Shown: piece by piece, positions 1-8,613 of the stretch | Layout of the letters: each line of letters opens with the position of its first letter | Position numbering within the stretch: the stretch's first letter is position 1 | Sequence record: SRR16203515_5557 | DNA length: 42,722 nucleotides | Reading direction: 5' to 3' (one strand) | The notes under the pieces: generated by a model | What the model was told of the DNA's origin: nothing | The model's input: only the letters and a program-made list of their open reading frames with translations | Database searches by the model: none | Translations under genes and position numbers: made by a program

Positions 1-906
1 AAACAAGCCAATAAACCACGAGGCTAAAAATGCCGTGAGTAAGTTAATACCTAACCATAGCGCGCGATTACGGGCACTTTTGGCAACGGGTGAAAACAAA
101 TCTTCGTCTTCATCCATACCGGCGGACGCCATCACCTGGCGTTCGTAAAATTCATTAATTAACTCGCTGGCCGACGTAATATCTAATCGTCCAATTAATT
201 TACCGGCATCATCAATTACCGGCAGCGCGGATAACCCCGAACGCTGCACTTGCAACGAGGCCGTAGCCACTTCTTCAGTACCTTGTAATGGCGTGATCGC
301 TTCTTCGGCCAACTCAAACAATGGCGCATGTTCATGGGCTACGAATAAGCGCGTTACCTTCACAAGGGCTGAAAACTGGCCTGAGCGATTCACTAAGTAA
401 ATACTGTCACAATGTTGTGGTGTTTCTCTGCGCAGTAATCGTAAGCCTTCCCGCACCTTGGCATTGGCAGGTAACACTAACAATTCATGGTTTATCCAGT
501 GACCCACTTGTGAGTCAGGGAACTGGGTGGCATCACGGAAGTACTTTCTTTCTTGGCTATCTAAGGCCTGATAGGCCAAATCCACCAATTTACTGGGTAG
601 GGAGTCGAGGAGCTCCAATAAATCTTCCGCATCGATATCGGCAAAAATAGAGGTCCACTCATCATGGGGGGTAGCATCGATAAGGATTTCACGGGGGTCG
701 CTACGCATCTCTACCAATACCGAGAGTTTACGCTCACGGGGCATGCCTTCCCACACCACTAAGCGCCGCTCTACCGGCAAAGATTCTAATAACGACGCAA
801 TATATACCGTATCTTGTTGGTTCAGGGCCATTAAAATAGCCGCAGGGTCGTCGCCGGCGCTGTCGTTAACAAACTCTTCAATTAAATCTGGCAAGGGTTC
901 TGCCAC
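1..906 (-). CDS. mgtE: Magnesium transporter MgtE (3' end runs off the window)
   Basis: Absent from the ORF track; translated by hand. GTG at 906 with GGAGG RBS, open to base 1: MAEPLPDLIEEF...ALPVIDDAGKLIGRLD...AGMDEDEDLFSPVAKSARNRALWLGINLLTAFLASWFIGLF, i.e. MgtE N-domain, CBS pair and first TM helix. Confidence 0.9.
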   Translation of the reverse strand, partial: MAEPLPDLIEEFVNDSAGDDPAAILMALNQQDTVYIASLLESLPVERRLVVWEGMPRERKLSVLVEMRSDPREILIDATPHDEWTSIFADIDAEDLLELLDSLPSKLVDLAYQALDSQERKYFRDATQFPDSQVGHWINHELLVLPANAKVREGLRLLRRETPQHCDSIYLVNRSGQFSALVKVTRLFVAHEHAPLFELAEEAITPLQGTEEVATASLQVQRSGLSALPVIDDAGKLIGRLDITSASELINEFYERQVMASAGMDEDEDLFSPVAKSARNRALWLGINLLTAFLASWFIGLF

Positions 907-933
907 CGTACACCTCCACTGAATGCTTAGCTA

Positions 934-1416
934 CTACCCCAACATGTAAGTTCCCGTTCCAAATGCAATATGATCGCCCAGCTCGTTATGTAATTCCATT
1001 CTACACACTGCCAGTTTTCGGCCTTTACGGATCACCGTCGCCGTTGCCACAAAGTGGCTGCCGCGACCGGGTCTTAGATAATCTACCCGCATATCAACCG
1101 TTCCCATGGTAGCCAGCTTTTGTTGCAAATTAGCGAGTTCATCGTCAGGTGTTAGTCTAATTGTTTCGATAATGGCGGTTAAACCACCGATTGTATCTAG
1201 CATGGTGGCGGTGACACCACCATGGAGTATTTTTTGCAGCGGGTTACCGGTCAGCGCTTCCTGCCATGACACATGTAACTCAATATCCTGATGCTTGCGT
1301 AGAAACTGTAAACCTAACAGTTGGTTAAATGGCATTGTATCACGGAACAAACTGATCACGTGCGCAATCATTTGCTCCCGTAGCGGGTTACTTTCTAGGT
1401 TATTATTACTCATCAC
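934..1416 (-). CDS. yigI: PaaI/hotdog-fold thioesterase (YigI-like)
   Basis: MPFNQLLG, GNPLQKILHGGVTATMLD and GTVDMRVDYLRPGRG motifs; next to recQ. The start may be the ATG at 1413. Confidence 0.85.
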   Translation of the reverse strand: MMSNNNLESNPLREQMIAHVISLFRDTMPFNQLLGLQFLRKHQDIELHVSWQEALTGNPLQKILHGGVTATMLDTIGGLTAIIETIRLTPDDELANLQQKLATMGTVDMRVDYLRPGRGSHFVATATVIRKGRKLAVCRMELHNELGDHIAFGTGTYMLG

Positions 1417-1577
1417 ATCGCCTTCTTATTGTTATTACCTATTAAAAGACGGTACGTGAGAAAACCGAGAAGTCATGTTTTAAATAATGATACCTATTAA
1501 TATTTAATCTGAATTTTAGTCCAGTTTTTGTGTTTCTCCCGTGAAGAACAACACAAAACAGCGTAAAATCCCCGCCC

Positions 1578-3416
1578 ATGACAACTGTAATTGCCCCAAC
1601 CGCTGATGACGCAATCTCGTCAAACACCATAACGCCAGAATCCGTACTGAAAGACGTATTCGGTTATGATGCATTTCGTGATGGCCAAGAAGATGTTATT
1701 CACCACCTGTGTAATGGCGGTGATGCCCTTGTTTTGCTGCCCACCGGCGGCGGTAAATCCCTGTGCTACCAAATTCCCGCCCTCGTTCGCGACGGCACGG
1801 CAATTGTGGTTTCGCCACTGATTTCTTTAATGCAAGATCAGGTTGAACAAGTCAAAGCCCTTGGGGTAAAGGCGGCCTATTTAAACTCAACCCTTGAACA
1901 GGATGAGCAAGCAAAAATTGCTGATCAGCTCACTCAAGGTCACCTCGACCTCTTGTATGTATCTCCTGAGCGGCTACGCCAATATGGCTTTCAGCAAACC
2001 TTAAAGTCAGCCACAGTAGCCTTGTTTGCTATTGACGAAGCTCACTGCGTTTCTCACTGGGGCCATGATTTTCGTCAGGACTATCGCGCGCTAGGGCAAA
2101 TTAAAGCCAACTTCCCTGATATTCCTGTAGTGGGGCTGACGGCTACGGCAGATATCGCCACCCAAAGTGATATCTTAACCCAGCTGCAGCTCAATGCGCC
2201 GCTGGTGTATAAGGGCAGTTTCGACAGGCCGAATATCCGTTATCGGGTTATGTCGAAGTACAAAGCCTTCGACCAAGTCGTCAGTTATGTAAAACAGCAA
2301 GAAGGCAGCGGGATCATTTACTGTAATAGCCGGGCTAAAGTTGATGACTTGCACGCTAAGCTCTTCCGCCAAGGCTTTCGCTGCGCCGCTTATCATGCCG
2401 GCCTAGACGCCGATGAGCGTGAGTTTGTACAACGACAATTTCTTACCGATAAAATCGATATTGTGGTGGCCACTGTGGCCTTTGGTATGGGCATTAACAA
2501 GTCGAACGTGCGTTATGTGGTGCACCATGATGTGCCCCGCAGTGTAGAAAGTTACTATCAGGAAACCGGCCGTGCCGGCCGCGATGGTCTCGACTCTGAA
2601 GCCCTATTGCTGTTTGATGAAAAAGACGCCGCGCGGGTGAAACAGTGGATAAGCCAGGGTGAGCAATCCGAACGCAACGACATCGAACTGCAAAAGTTTG
2701 CGGCCATGGAAGCGTTTTCCGAAGCACAAACCTGTCGCCGCCAGGTTTTACTTAACTACTTTTCTCAATTTAGTGACAGCGCCTGTGGTAACTGTGATAT
2801 TTGTTTAGATCCACCCACCATGATTGATGGCACTGTGCTTAGTCAAAAAGTGCTGTCCTGTGTGTTGCGACTATCACAACAAGCGGCAACCCAGTACGTG
2901 ATCGACGTATTAAGAGGGAAGCAGTTACGACGCTTACAAGAAGCCGGGCACCACCAATTGTCCACCTATGGCATTGGTAAAGATAAGTCGGACAGTTACT
3001 GGCATAACATCATTAATCAGCTTATTCATAAAGGCCTGATCCGGGTAGATATTACCGCTAACGCGGCACTGCGATTAACCGAAGCAGCTCGTCCAGTATT
3101 AAAAGGCGAAGTGGTTATTCAACTGGCAGTCCCACGGCTTGAATTTAAACCAGATAAAAAAACCAAGCAGGCGCCGGCCAACTACGACCGTACCCTGTTT
3201 GTGCGTCTTAAGCACTTACGCAAAGTGCTCGCTGAAGAAAATGAGGTGCCTCCCTACGTGGTATTTAGTGATGCCACACTGGTGGATATGGCGTCAAAGC
3301 TGCCCACCACCCAAGACTCGCTATTATCAGTCAGCGGCGTCGGTCAGACTAAACTGGCGCGCTATGGCGAGGCCTTTATGCAATTGATTGACGACTACGT
3401 GAATCGGGAAGCCTAA
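1578..3416 (+). CDS. recQ: ATP-dependent DNA helicase RecQ
   Basis: PTGGGKSLCYQ, DEAHC, QETGRAGRDG, Zn-binding CRR...CGNCDIC, RQC and C-terminal HRDC (VPPYVVFSDATL). Confidence 0.98.
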   Translation: MTTVIAPTADDAISSNTITPESVLKDVFGYDAFRDGQEDVIHHLCNGGDALVLLPTGGGKSLCYQIPALVRDGTAIVVSPLISLMQDQVEQVKALGVKAAYLNSTLEQDEQAKIADQLTQGHLDLLYVSPERLRQYGFQQTLKSATVALFAIDEAHCVSHWGHDFRQDYRALGQIKANFPDIPVVGLTATADIATQSDILTQLQLNAPLVYKGSFDRPNIRYRVMSKYKAFDQVVSYVKQQEGSGIIYCNSRAKVDDLHAKLFRQGFRCAAYHAGLDADEREFVQRQFLTDKIDIVVATVAFGMGINKSNVRYVVHHDVPRSVESYYQETGRAGRDGLDSEALLLFDEKDAARVKQWISQGEQSERNDIELQKFAAMEAFSEAQTCRRQVLLNYFSQFSDSACGNCDICLDPPTMIDGTVLSQKVLSCVLRLSQQAATQYVIDVLRGKQLRRLQEAGHHQLSTYGIGKDKSDSYWHNIINQLIHKGLIRVDITANAALRLTEAARPVLKGEVVIQLAVPRLEFKPDKKTKQAPANYDRTLFVRLKHLRKVLAEENEVPPYVVFSDATLVDMASKLPTTQDSLLSVSGVGQTKLARYGEAFMQLIDDYVNREA

Positions 3417-3460
3417 CCCCATGATCACATCAATTGAGAACCGGCCTGCTTTGCCCCCCC

Positions 3461-4129
3461 CTACGCATAGTCGTATTCGCCGCCTTTCTCTAACCCCCGT
3501 TGGTAAGCTGGGCGTGCATGAATGCGCTTCACGTACCCTTGGATGGCACTGAATTCCTTAGCTCTGCCGCTTGCCACCAGCGACTCTAACGGAAAAATCA
3601 TTTGCACATCTGCGCCTGTAGGCGCATCGCCAGCAAACCAAGTATTACGGGATAGATAAGACTCCACATAGCGTAAACTCTGCGCTAAGTTAGGGCCATA
3701 GTAAGCATTTAAAATGCCGTCAACTAGCTTGTTGGTAATGGGTTTAATAAAGAAAGGTTTAGACCCTTTTTGACGCGCCTTTTCTAACACTAGGTTTGCC
3801 ACCAACGGCGGCATTAACGACCCTTCAGCGAAATGTAGCCAAAACCAATATTGTTGCAGAGCATCGCCATCGGTGGGGGTAACGAAGCTCTCTTTAGCAT
3901 GGGTATGCACTAAATACTCCACAATCGCGCCAGATTCAGCGATTGTGCCATCAGGCGTCGATAACACCGGCGAGCGCCCTAAAGGATGCACCCCACGCAG
4001 TGCATCTGGCGCTAAATTGGTTTGACTATCTCTTTGGTAGTGCTCAATTTCATAGTCTACACCCAGTTCCTCTAGTAGCCATAAAATGCGTTGCGACCGT
4101 GAATTGTTTAAATGATGAAGTGTTAACAT
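3461..4129 (-). CDS. Glutathione S-transferase (GTT1-like)
   Basis: LHHLNNSRSQRILWLLEELG, HPLGRSPVL, AESGAIVEYL and WLHFAEGSLMP are typical GST motifs. Confidence 0.92.
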   Translation of the reverse strand: MLTLHHLNNSRSQRILWLLEELGVDYEIEHYQRDSQTNLAPDALRGVHPLGRSPVLSTPDGTIAESGAIVEYLVHTHAKESFVTPTDGDALQQYWFWLHFAEGSLMPPLVANLVLEKARQKGSKPFFIKPITNKLVDGILNAYYGPNLAQSLRYVESYLSRNTWFAGDAPTGADVQMIFPLESLVASGRAKEFSAIQGYVKRIHARPAYQRGLEKGGEYDYA

Positions 4130-4433
4130 ACCTTTCCCCTACCGCTTTCCTGTTAGTATTCTTGTTTTCAGCATGTCTACTATATACACACATTATCAGT
4201 AGGTAGATTACTACTTTTTCGTCCCTCTAGCCTAATGCGCAAAGGGCGCTGTTAAAGCTGGTGCTTTTTTGCTAACTTCCGCTTGAAAAACTTAGAGGTG
4301 GCTAGATGTTATTATCGTACCGTTTTACTGCGTCGTAATTTCAGTTAGTGACCTTTGATGCCGCGCGTAGCAAGGCAATGACGAATCGCTTGTTTTCTAC
4401 GCCACCGTTTGCCCTTTCACCGGAATAGTTATC

Positions 4434-4742
4434 ATGCAGCAGTTAACCGTACCCAGCGTTATTGGCAACGCTGTGGTTACCGAAAACGCCATTGAATTTA
4501 AGCTTCCCCTACCCTCTAGCCCCTTAAAAACACAGCAATGGGTAGATGAGTTTTGCCAGCAGTTTGTCTTTACGCAGGCCGAGGCTGACTGGGGGGCTGA
4601 TCGCTTTCAAGTGACCTTATCCTCCCCCGAACTACACTGCATGCTGTGTATAGAGTGGTTGTGCGAAGCGATATGGCTAGAACCTATCGGGACAAATCAA
4701 GATACACAACGGCTTTACGCCTATTTGTGCGCACAAAAGTAG
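4434..4742 (+). CDS. Small conserved hypothetical protein (DUF3630-like)
   Basis: WGADRFQ motif and a C-terminal ExxCEAIWLE pattern resemble the DUF3630 family. Confidence 0.65.
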   Translation: MQQLTVPSVIGNAVVTENAIEFKLPLPSSPLKTQQWVDEFCQQFVFTQAEADWGADRFQVTLSSPELHCMLCIEWLCEAIWLEPIGTNQDTQRLYAYLCAQK

Positions 4743-4823
4743 CCCAAAATTGCACAATTGTTTCTACAATCGGCTAAAGTTCGGCTAGTATAGCCATATG
4801 CGTTTGATTTTATCAGGGCAGCT

Positions 4824-7682
4824 ATGCCATTAATAAAAAAGGGATTTCTTTTTTTCATTTCAGCAACGCTGACATTATCCTTGTGGATAGTGGCGCTTGC
4901 TGTGTCTAGCGTATCGGCAACCGAACTGCATATCGATGAGGGCTTCGACCGTGCAATCATTAATGAGGTAAGTAGTCGATACGTTGCCCCTCAGTCAGCC
5001 TCTTATTTAGAGGTGTTGCACCCAAGTGAAGCGTTAGGGGCCAACGCTCAATTAACTAAGCGAAACAGTCGGCTTTGGCTTTCAACCGAGTTAGTTAATA
5101 CCGGCTTTAGCACAGTGCCGTTAGTGCTCAATGTCGATCGGTTGAACCTAGACGACTTACAGATTTACTTACTCGATGACAACGCGCGTATTATTAAGTC
5201 GTACCGCTATCAAGCCGGAAAAGGCGACTACTCATTAAAAAAGCCGCTCCCGAGTATTCGTGTTAGCTTTTCACTGTCAGCCCAAGAACGCTCCCGTCTG
5301 CTTATTGGGGTGAAAGATGAGGGATTGCGCCAGTTCCCTATCGCCTTGTGGCACAAACAAGAAATAACCCAATACGATCGTAATATGATGGTAGTCGTGG
5401 GCGTGGTGATGGGTATGCTCGGGGTATTAGCCGGGTATTTTCTGCTGTCTTACCTGTTTCAACGCACCCCAGCCCGTTTTTGGCTAGCCATGAATAATGG
5501 CGTATTGTTTACCTTGTTTTTTATTGCCCAAGGTGGCTTAGCCTGGTGGCCATCCTTGACCAATGCCAGTGAAGATGTATTTACTGTTTTGTTGGGCTTA
5601 ACCTTCTTGATGCTTGCCAAAGTCACTCACAATCTGTTTTCTCGTATTCCATTGCTATTACGTATACTTACCTTCACCTTGCCCACAGTGATGGTGACAT
5701 GGGCCTTATTGAGCAACGACTATCGAGCTTCGCTAATTGTGATGGCGGGGTGTGCGCTTATCGGCCTTTACCATGTCGTGTTAGCCTTGCTATTTAATGA
5801 TAAAACTAACCCTTTACTTAGCCGTTTATTTGCCACCGCCTGGGTATTCTTTTTTGTCTTGTATGGCGTACTTATCGAAACCACATTAGGAACACTGCTA
5901 TATACCACACCCGCGGTTGCCATTATCTTAAGCCTGCTTTGCGCGGGTTTATTATGCTTAGGCTTCAGCGTCGAGCTGAAAGAACGCAGCTTTAATAGCC
6001 AAAAACTCCTCGAACGTGAAGCCACCATTTCCAATCTAAATCGCTTTTATGATCTATTCAGAAACTCGGCAGAAGGTTTGTACACCTCTACCCTTGAAGG
6101 AGAGCTGAAAACCGTTAATCCCGCCATGTGTGCGTTATTTGGTTATAACGATGAGTCACATATGCTAAGTGCCGTCACAAACACCAGTCAATTTTACGCC
6201 AATGAAGAGGATCGCGACCTTATGGTAGGTGAACTACTCGATGATGGCGTCATCATGGGCCGGGAATTTAAAGGCATTAAAGCAGATGGCAGCGAATTTT
6301 GGTTTTCAATTTCTTGCCAAGTACGCAGTGCCCACGACGGTAAGTTTTTGTATGGCTCTATTATTGATGTTACTGAGAAAAAGCATTCAGACCTCAGCCT
6401 GCAATATATGGTGAGTCACGATGCCCTCACGGGTGTATTCAACCGCCGCCAATTTGAAAATACACTACAAACCAAACTCGCTAATGACGATATAGATACC
6501 ATTACCGTGCTTTACCTCGACTTAGATAGATTCAAAGTGGTGAACGACACTTGCGGCCATAAAGCCGGTGACTCATTGATTAAGGAAGTTGCCCAATTAC
6601 TTAGCCATACCCTTCCGGAACATGCCATTATCGCCAGACTAGGCGGTGATGAGTTCGGAGTGGTCATAGACGATGAGCCCCTTACCGGAGCCTATACCAT
6701 AGCCGAGGCCTTATTAGATGCTGTGCACGATTACCATTTCATATGGGACAAGCGCATTTTCAATTTAGGCGTTAGCATAGGATTAGTGGAATGTGATAAC
6801 CGCACTACACCCAGCGAGCAATATTTAAGTATGGCTGACGCGGCCTGCTATTTCGCTAAAGAGCAGGGTCGTAATCAAATTCATCAGTACAATAAAGATG
6901 ATAAAAGTATACAGCGCTACCAGAAAGAACTGGATTGGGTAACGGCCATCAACCAAGCCCATAGCGAAGAGCGCTTTGTATTGTACTATCAGCCACTACG
7001 TCCTCTTAGCAGTGCCAATGACGGCTATTATTATGAAATATTGCTGCGATTAAAGACCCGGGAAGGCGATATCATTAAGCCAGCTGCCTTTTTACCCACC
7101 GCCGAACGTTTTGAAATGAATGTAAAAATTGATAAGTGGGTGCTAACCAACACATTTAAGTGGTTGCACGACAACCCTGAGCACCTTGCAAATGTGAAAC
7201 GTTGTAGCATTAACTTAAACTGTCATTCGTTAACCGATCGTGATTTTAAGTTGTTTGTGCTGAATGCGTTTGAAAAGTACGCTATTCCCTATCATAAAAT
7301 CTGTTTTGAAGTGATTGAGTCGGTAGCCATTATTAAGATGGAAGACACCTTGGGCTTTATGCAAACGTTCAACAAATTGGGCTGCACTTTCGCCCTTGAT
7401 GATTTTGGTAGTGGCTTTTCGTCGTATAGTTATTTAAAACATCTACCTGTGGATATCGTCAAAATAGACGGGGCTTTTATTAAAGATATGTTAGCTGACC
7501 CGGTAGATGCCGCCATGGTAGCCTCGATTAAAGACGTTGCCAAAGCAATGGGTATGCAAACCGTGGCCGAATTTGTAGAGTCAGAAGCCATTATGGCGCA
7601 GCTTGGCAAGATAGGTATCGATTACGCCCAAGGCTTTGGTGTTGCTGTGCCTACGCCGCTTGAAGACTTCAAACCCTTATAG
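4824..7682 (+). CDS. Membrane c-di-GMP enzyme: 7TMR-DISM-like extracellular domain and 7TM, PAS, GGDEF, EAL
   Basis: Signal-like N-terminus and about 7 hydrophobic helices; PAS (NPAMCALFGY...KADGSEFW); HDALTG, RLGGDEF; YEILLR, DDFGSG, KIDG, AEFVE, YAQGF. Confidence 0.93.
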   Translation: MPLIKKGFLFFISATLTLSLWIVALAVSSVSATELHIDEGFDRAIINEVSSRYVAPQSASYLEVLHPSEALGANAQLTKRNSRLWLSTELVNTGFSTVPLVLNVDRLNLDDLQIYLLDDNARIIKSYRYQAGKGDYSLKKPLPSIRVSFSLSAQERSRLLIGVKDEGLRQFPIALWHKQEITQYDRNMMVVVGVVMGMLGVLAGYFLLSYLFQRTPARFWLAMNNGVLFTLFFIAQGGLAWWPSLTNASEDVFTVLLGLTFLMLAKVTHNLFSRIPLLLRILTFTLPTVMVTWALLSNDYRASLIVMAGCALIGLYHVVLALLFNDKTNPLLSRLFATAWVFFFVLYGVLIETTLGTLLYTTPAVAIILSLLCAGLLCLGFSVELKERSFNSQKLLEREATISNLNRFYDLFRNSAEGLYTSTLEGELKTVNPAMCALFGYNDESHMLSAVTNTSQFYANEEDRDLMVGELLDDGVIMGREFKGIKADGSEFWFSISCQVRSAHDGKFLYGSIIDVTEKKHSDLSLQYMVSHDALTGVFNRRQFENTLQTKLANDDIDTITVLYLDLDRFKVVNDTCGHKAGDSLIKEVAQLLSHTLPEHAIIARLGGDEFGVVIDDEPLTGAYTIAEALLDAVHDYHFIWDKRIFNLGVSIGLVECDNRTTPSEQYLSMADAACYFAKEQGRNQIHQYNKDDKSIQRYQKELDWVTAINQAHSEERFVLYYQPLRPLSSANDGYYYEILLRLKTREGDIIKPAAFLPTAERFEMNVKIDKWVLTNTFKWLHDNPEHLANVKRCSINLNCHSLTDRDFKLFVLNAFEKYAIPYHKICFEVIESVAIIKMEDTLGFMQTFNKLGCTFALDDFGSGFSSYSYLKHLPVDIVKIDGAFIKDMLADPVDAAMVASIKDVAKAMGMQTVAEFVESEAIMAQLGKIGIDYAQGFGVAVPTPLEDFKPL

Positions 7683-7718
7683 TGGATTGCGCAATAAGTG
7701 CAGTAACGCTACCCATTT

Positions 7719-7741
7719 AAAGTGTAATATTGTAACATCCC
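7719..7741. promoter_or_regulatory. Putative Zur-binding box upstream of ribA
   Basis: AAAGTGTAATATTGTAACATCCC matches the E. coli znuA Zur operator as I recall it (GAAGTGTGATATTATAACATTTC) at 18 of 23 positions, and lies about 96 bp upstream of a gene for a zinc enzyme. Confidence 0.6.
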
Positions 7742-7837
7742 CAACCAATTTATTGGGGCGTTGATCACGTATCAGGGCTTGTAAAAGGCCATGACCACCC
7801 CCATTTCAACGCTTATGAATATGGGTGTAGAAGTAAC

Positions 7838-8452
7838 ATGAGCAGCAAACAGCCTAAATACGAATTTGTCAGTTCCGCTAAATTGCCCACCCGCATGGGA
7901 AATTTCCGGATCCATGGTTTTGTCGAAGCCAGTGGCCAAGAGCACGTGGCGCTATCTTATGGCGAGTGGGAAGAAGACGCCGTCGTGCCTATTCGTATTC
8001 ATTCTGAATGCCTCACCGGCGATGCGCTTTTTAGTACTCGCTGCGACTGCGGTTTTCAGCTAGAAAAAGCCATGCAGAATATTGTAGATAATGGTTGCGG
8101 TGTGCTCTTGTACCTACGCCAAGAAGGTCGTGGTATTGGCTTACTCAATAAAGTTCGCGCTTATAATTTGCAAGACAGCGGAATGGACACAGTAGAAGCC
8201 AACGAACACCTTGGTTTTGATACCGATTTACGTAGTTACGATATTTGCAAAGTGATGCTAGACACCCTTAAGGTGCAGCGGGTTGAATTGATGACCAATA
8301 ACCCGAAAAAGCTGGCAGCCCTTACCGCTCTTGGCATCGATGTTGTTGCCCGTAAGCCCATTGATCATGGTATTACTGAAGACAACAAAGGCTACATTAA
8401 AACCAAGACCGAAAAACTTGGTCATGCCTTCGATCCCCACGCATTTAAATAA
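7838..8452 (+). CDS. ribA: GTP cyclohydrolase II
   Basis: RIHSECLTGD, RCDCGFQL, YLRQEGRGIGLLNK, LMTNNPKK. Confidence 0.98.
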   Translation: MSSKQPKYEFVSSAKLPTRMGNFRIHGFVEASGQEHVALSYGEWEEDAVVPIRIHSECLTGDALFSTRCDCGFQLEKAMQNIVDNGCGVLLYLRQEGRGIGLLNKVRAYNLQDSGMDTVEANEHLGFDTDLRSYDICKVMLDTLKVQRVELMTNNPKKLAALTALGIDVVARKPIDHGITEDNKGYIKTKTEKLGHAFDPHAFK

Positions 8453-8483
8453 GTCGTCCCCTTTCGCCCTACTAGGTTTACCA

Positions 8484-8511
8484 CCAAACTGAATGCCTAA
8501 ATTCAGTTTGG
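8484..8511. terminator. 11-bp inverted repeat downstream of ribA (terminator or operator)
   Basis: CCAAACTGAAT-gcctaa-ATTCAGTTTGG; no strong U-tract. Confidence 0.4.
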
Positions 8512-8613
8512 TTCAGCTTAGGTTAATACGCAAAGCGCTATAAATTGTACATACTTTACATCATTACCTGCTCTGTTTACTCAAAAACGACCAGCGTAGT
8601 GTAGGGAGAATGT

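Noticed and set aside
321-650. 109-aa plus-strand ORF
   Set aside because: Lies antisense within mgtE and has no recognisable motifs.
4130-4433. Possible c-di-GMP (GEMM) riboswitch, prompted by GGGCAAAC on the minus strand near 4410
   Set aside because: The following GAAA tetraloop stem and GACGCAAAGC core are missing.
7683-7837. FMN riboswitch upstream of ribA
   Set aside because: No AGGGC-GGGTGAAATTCCC-like RFN core is present.
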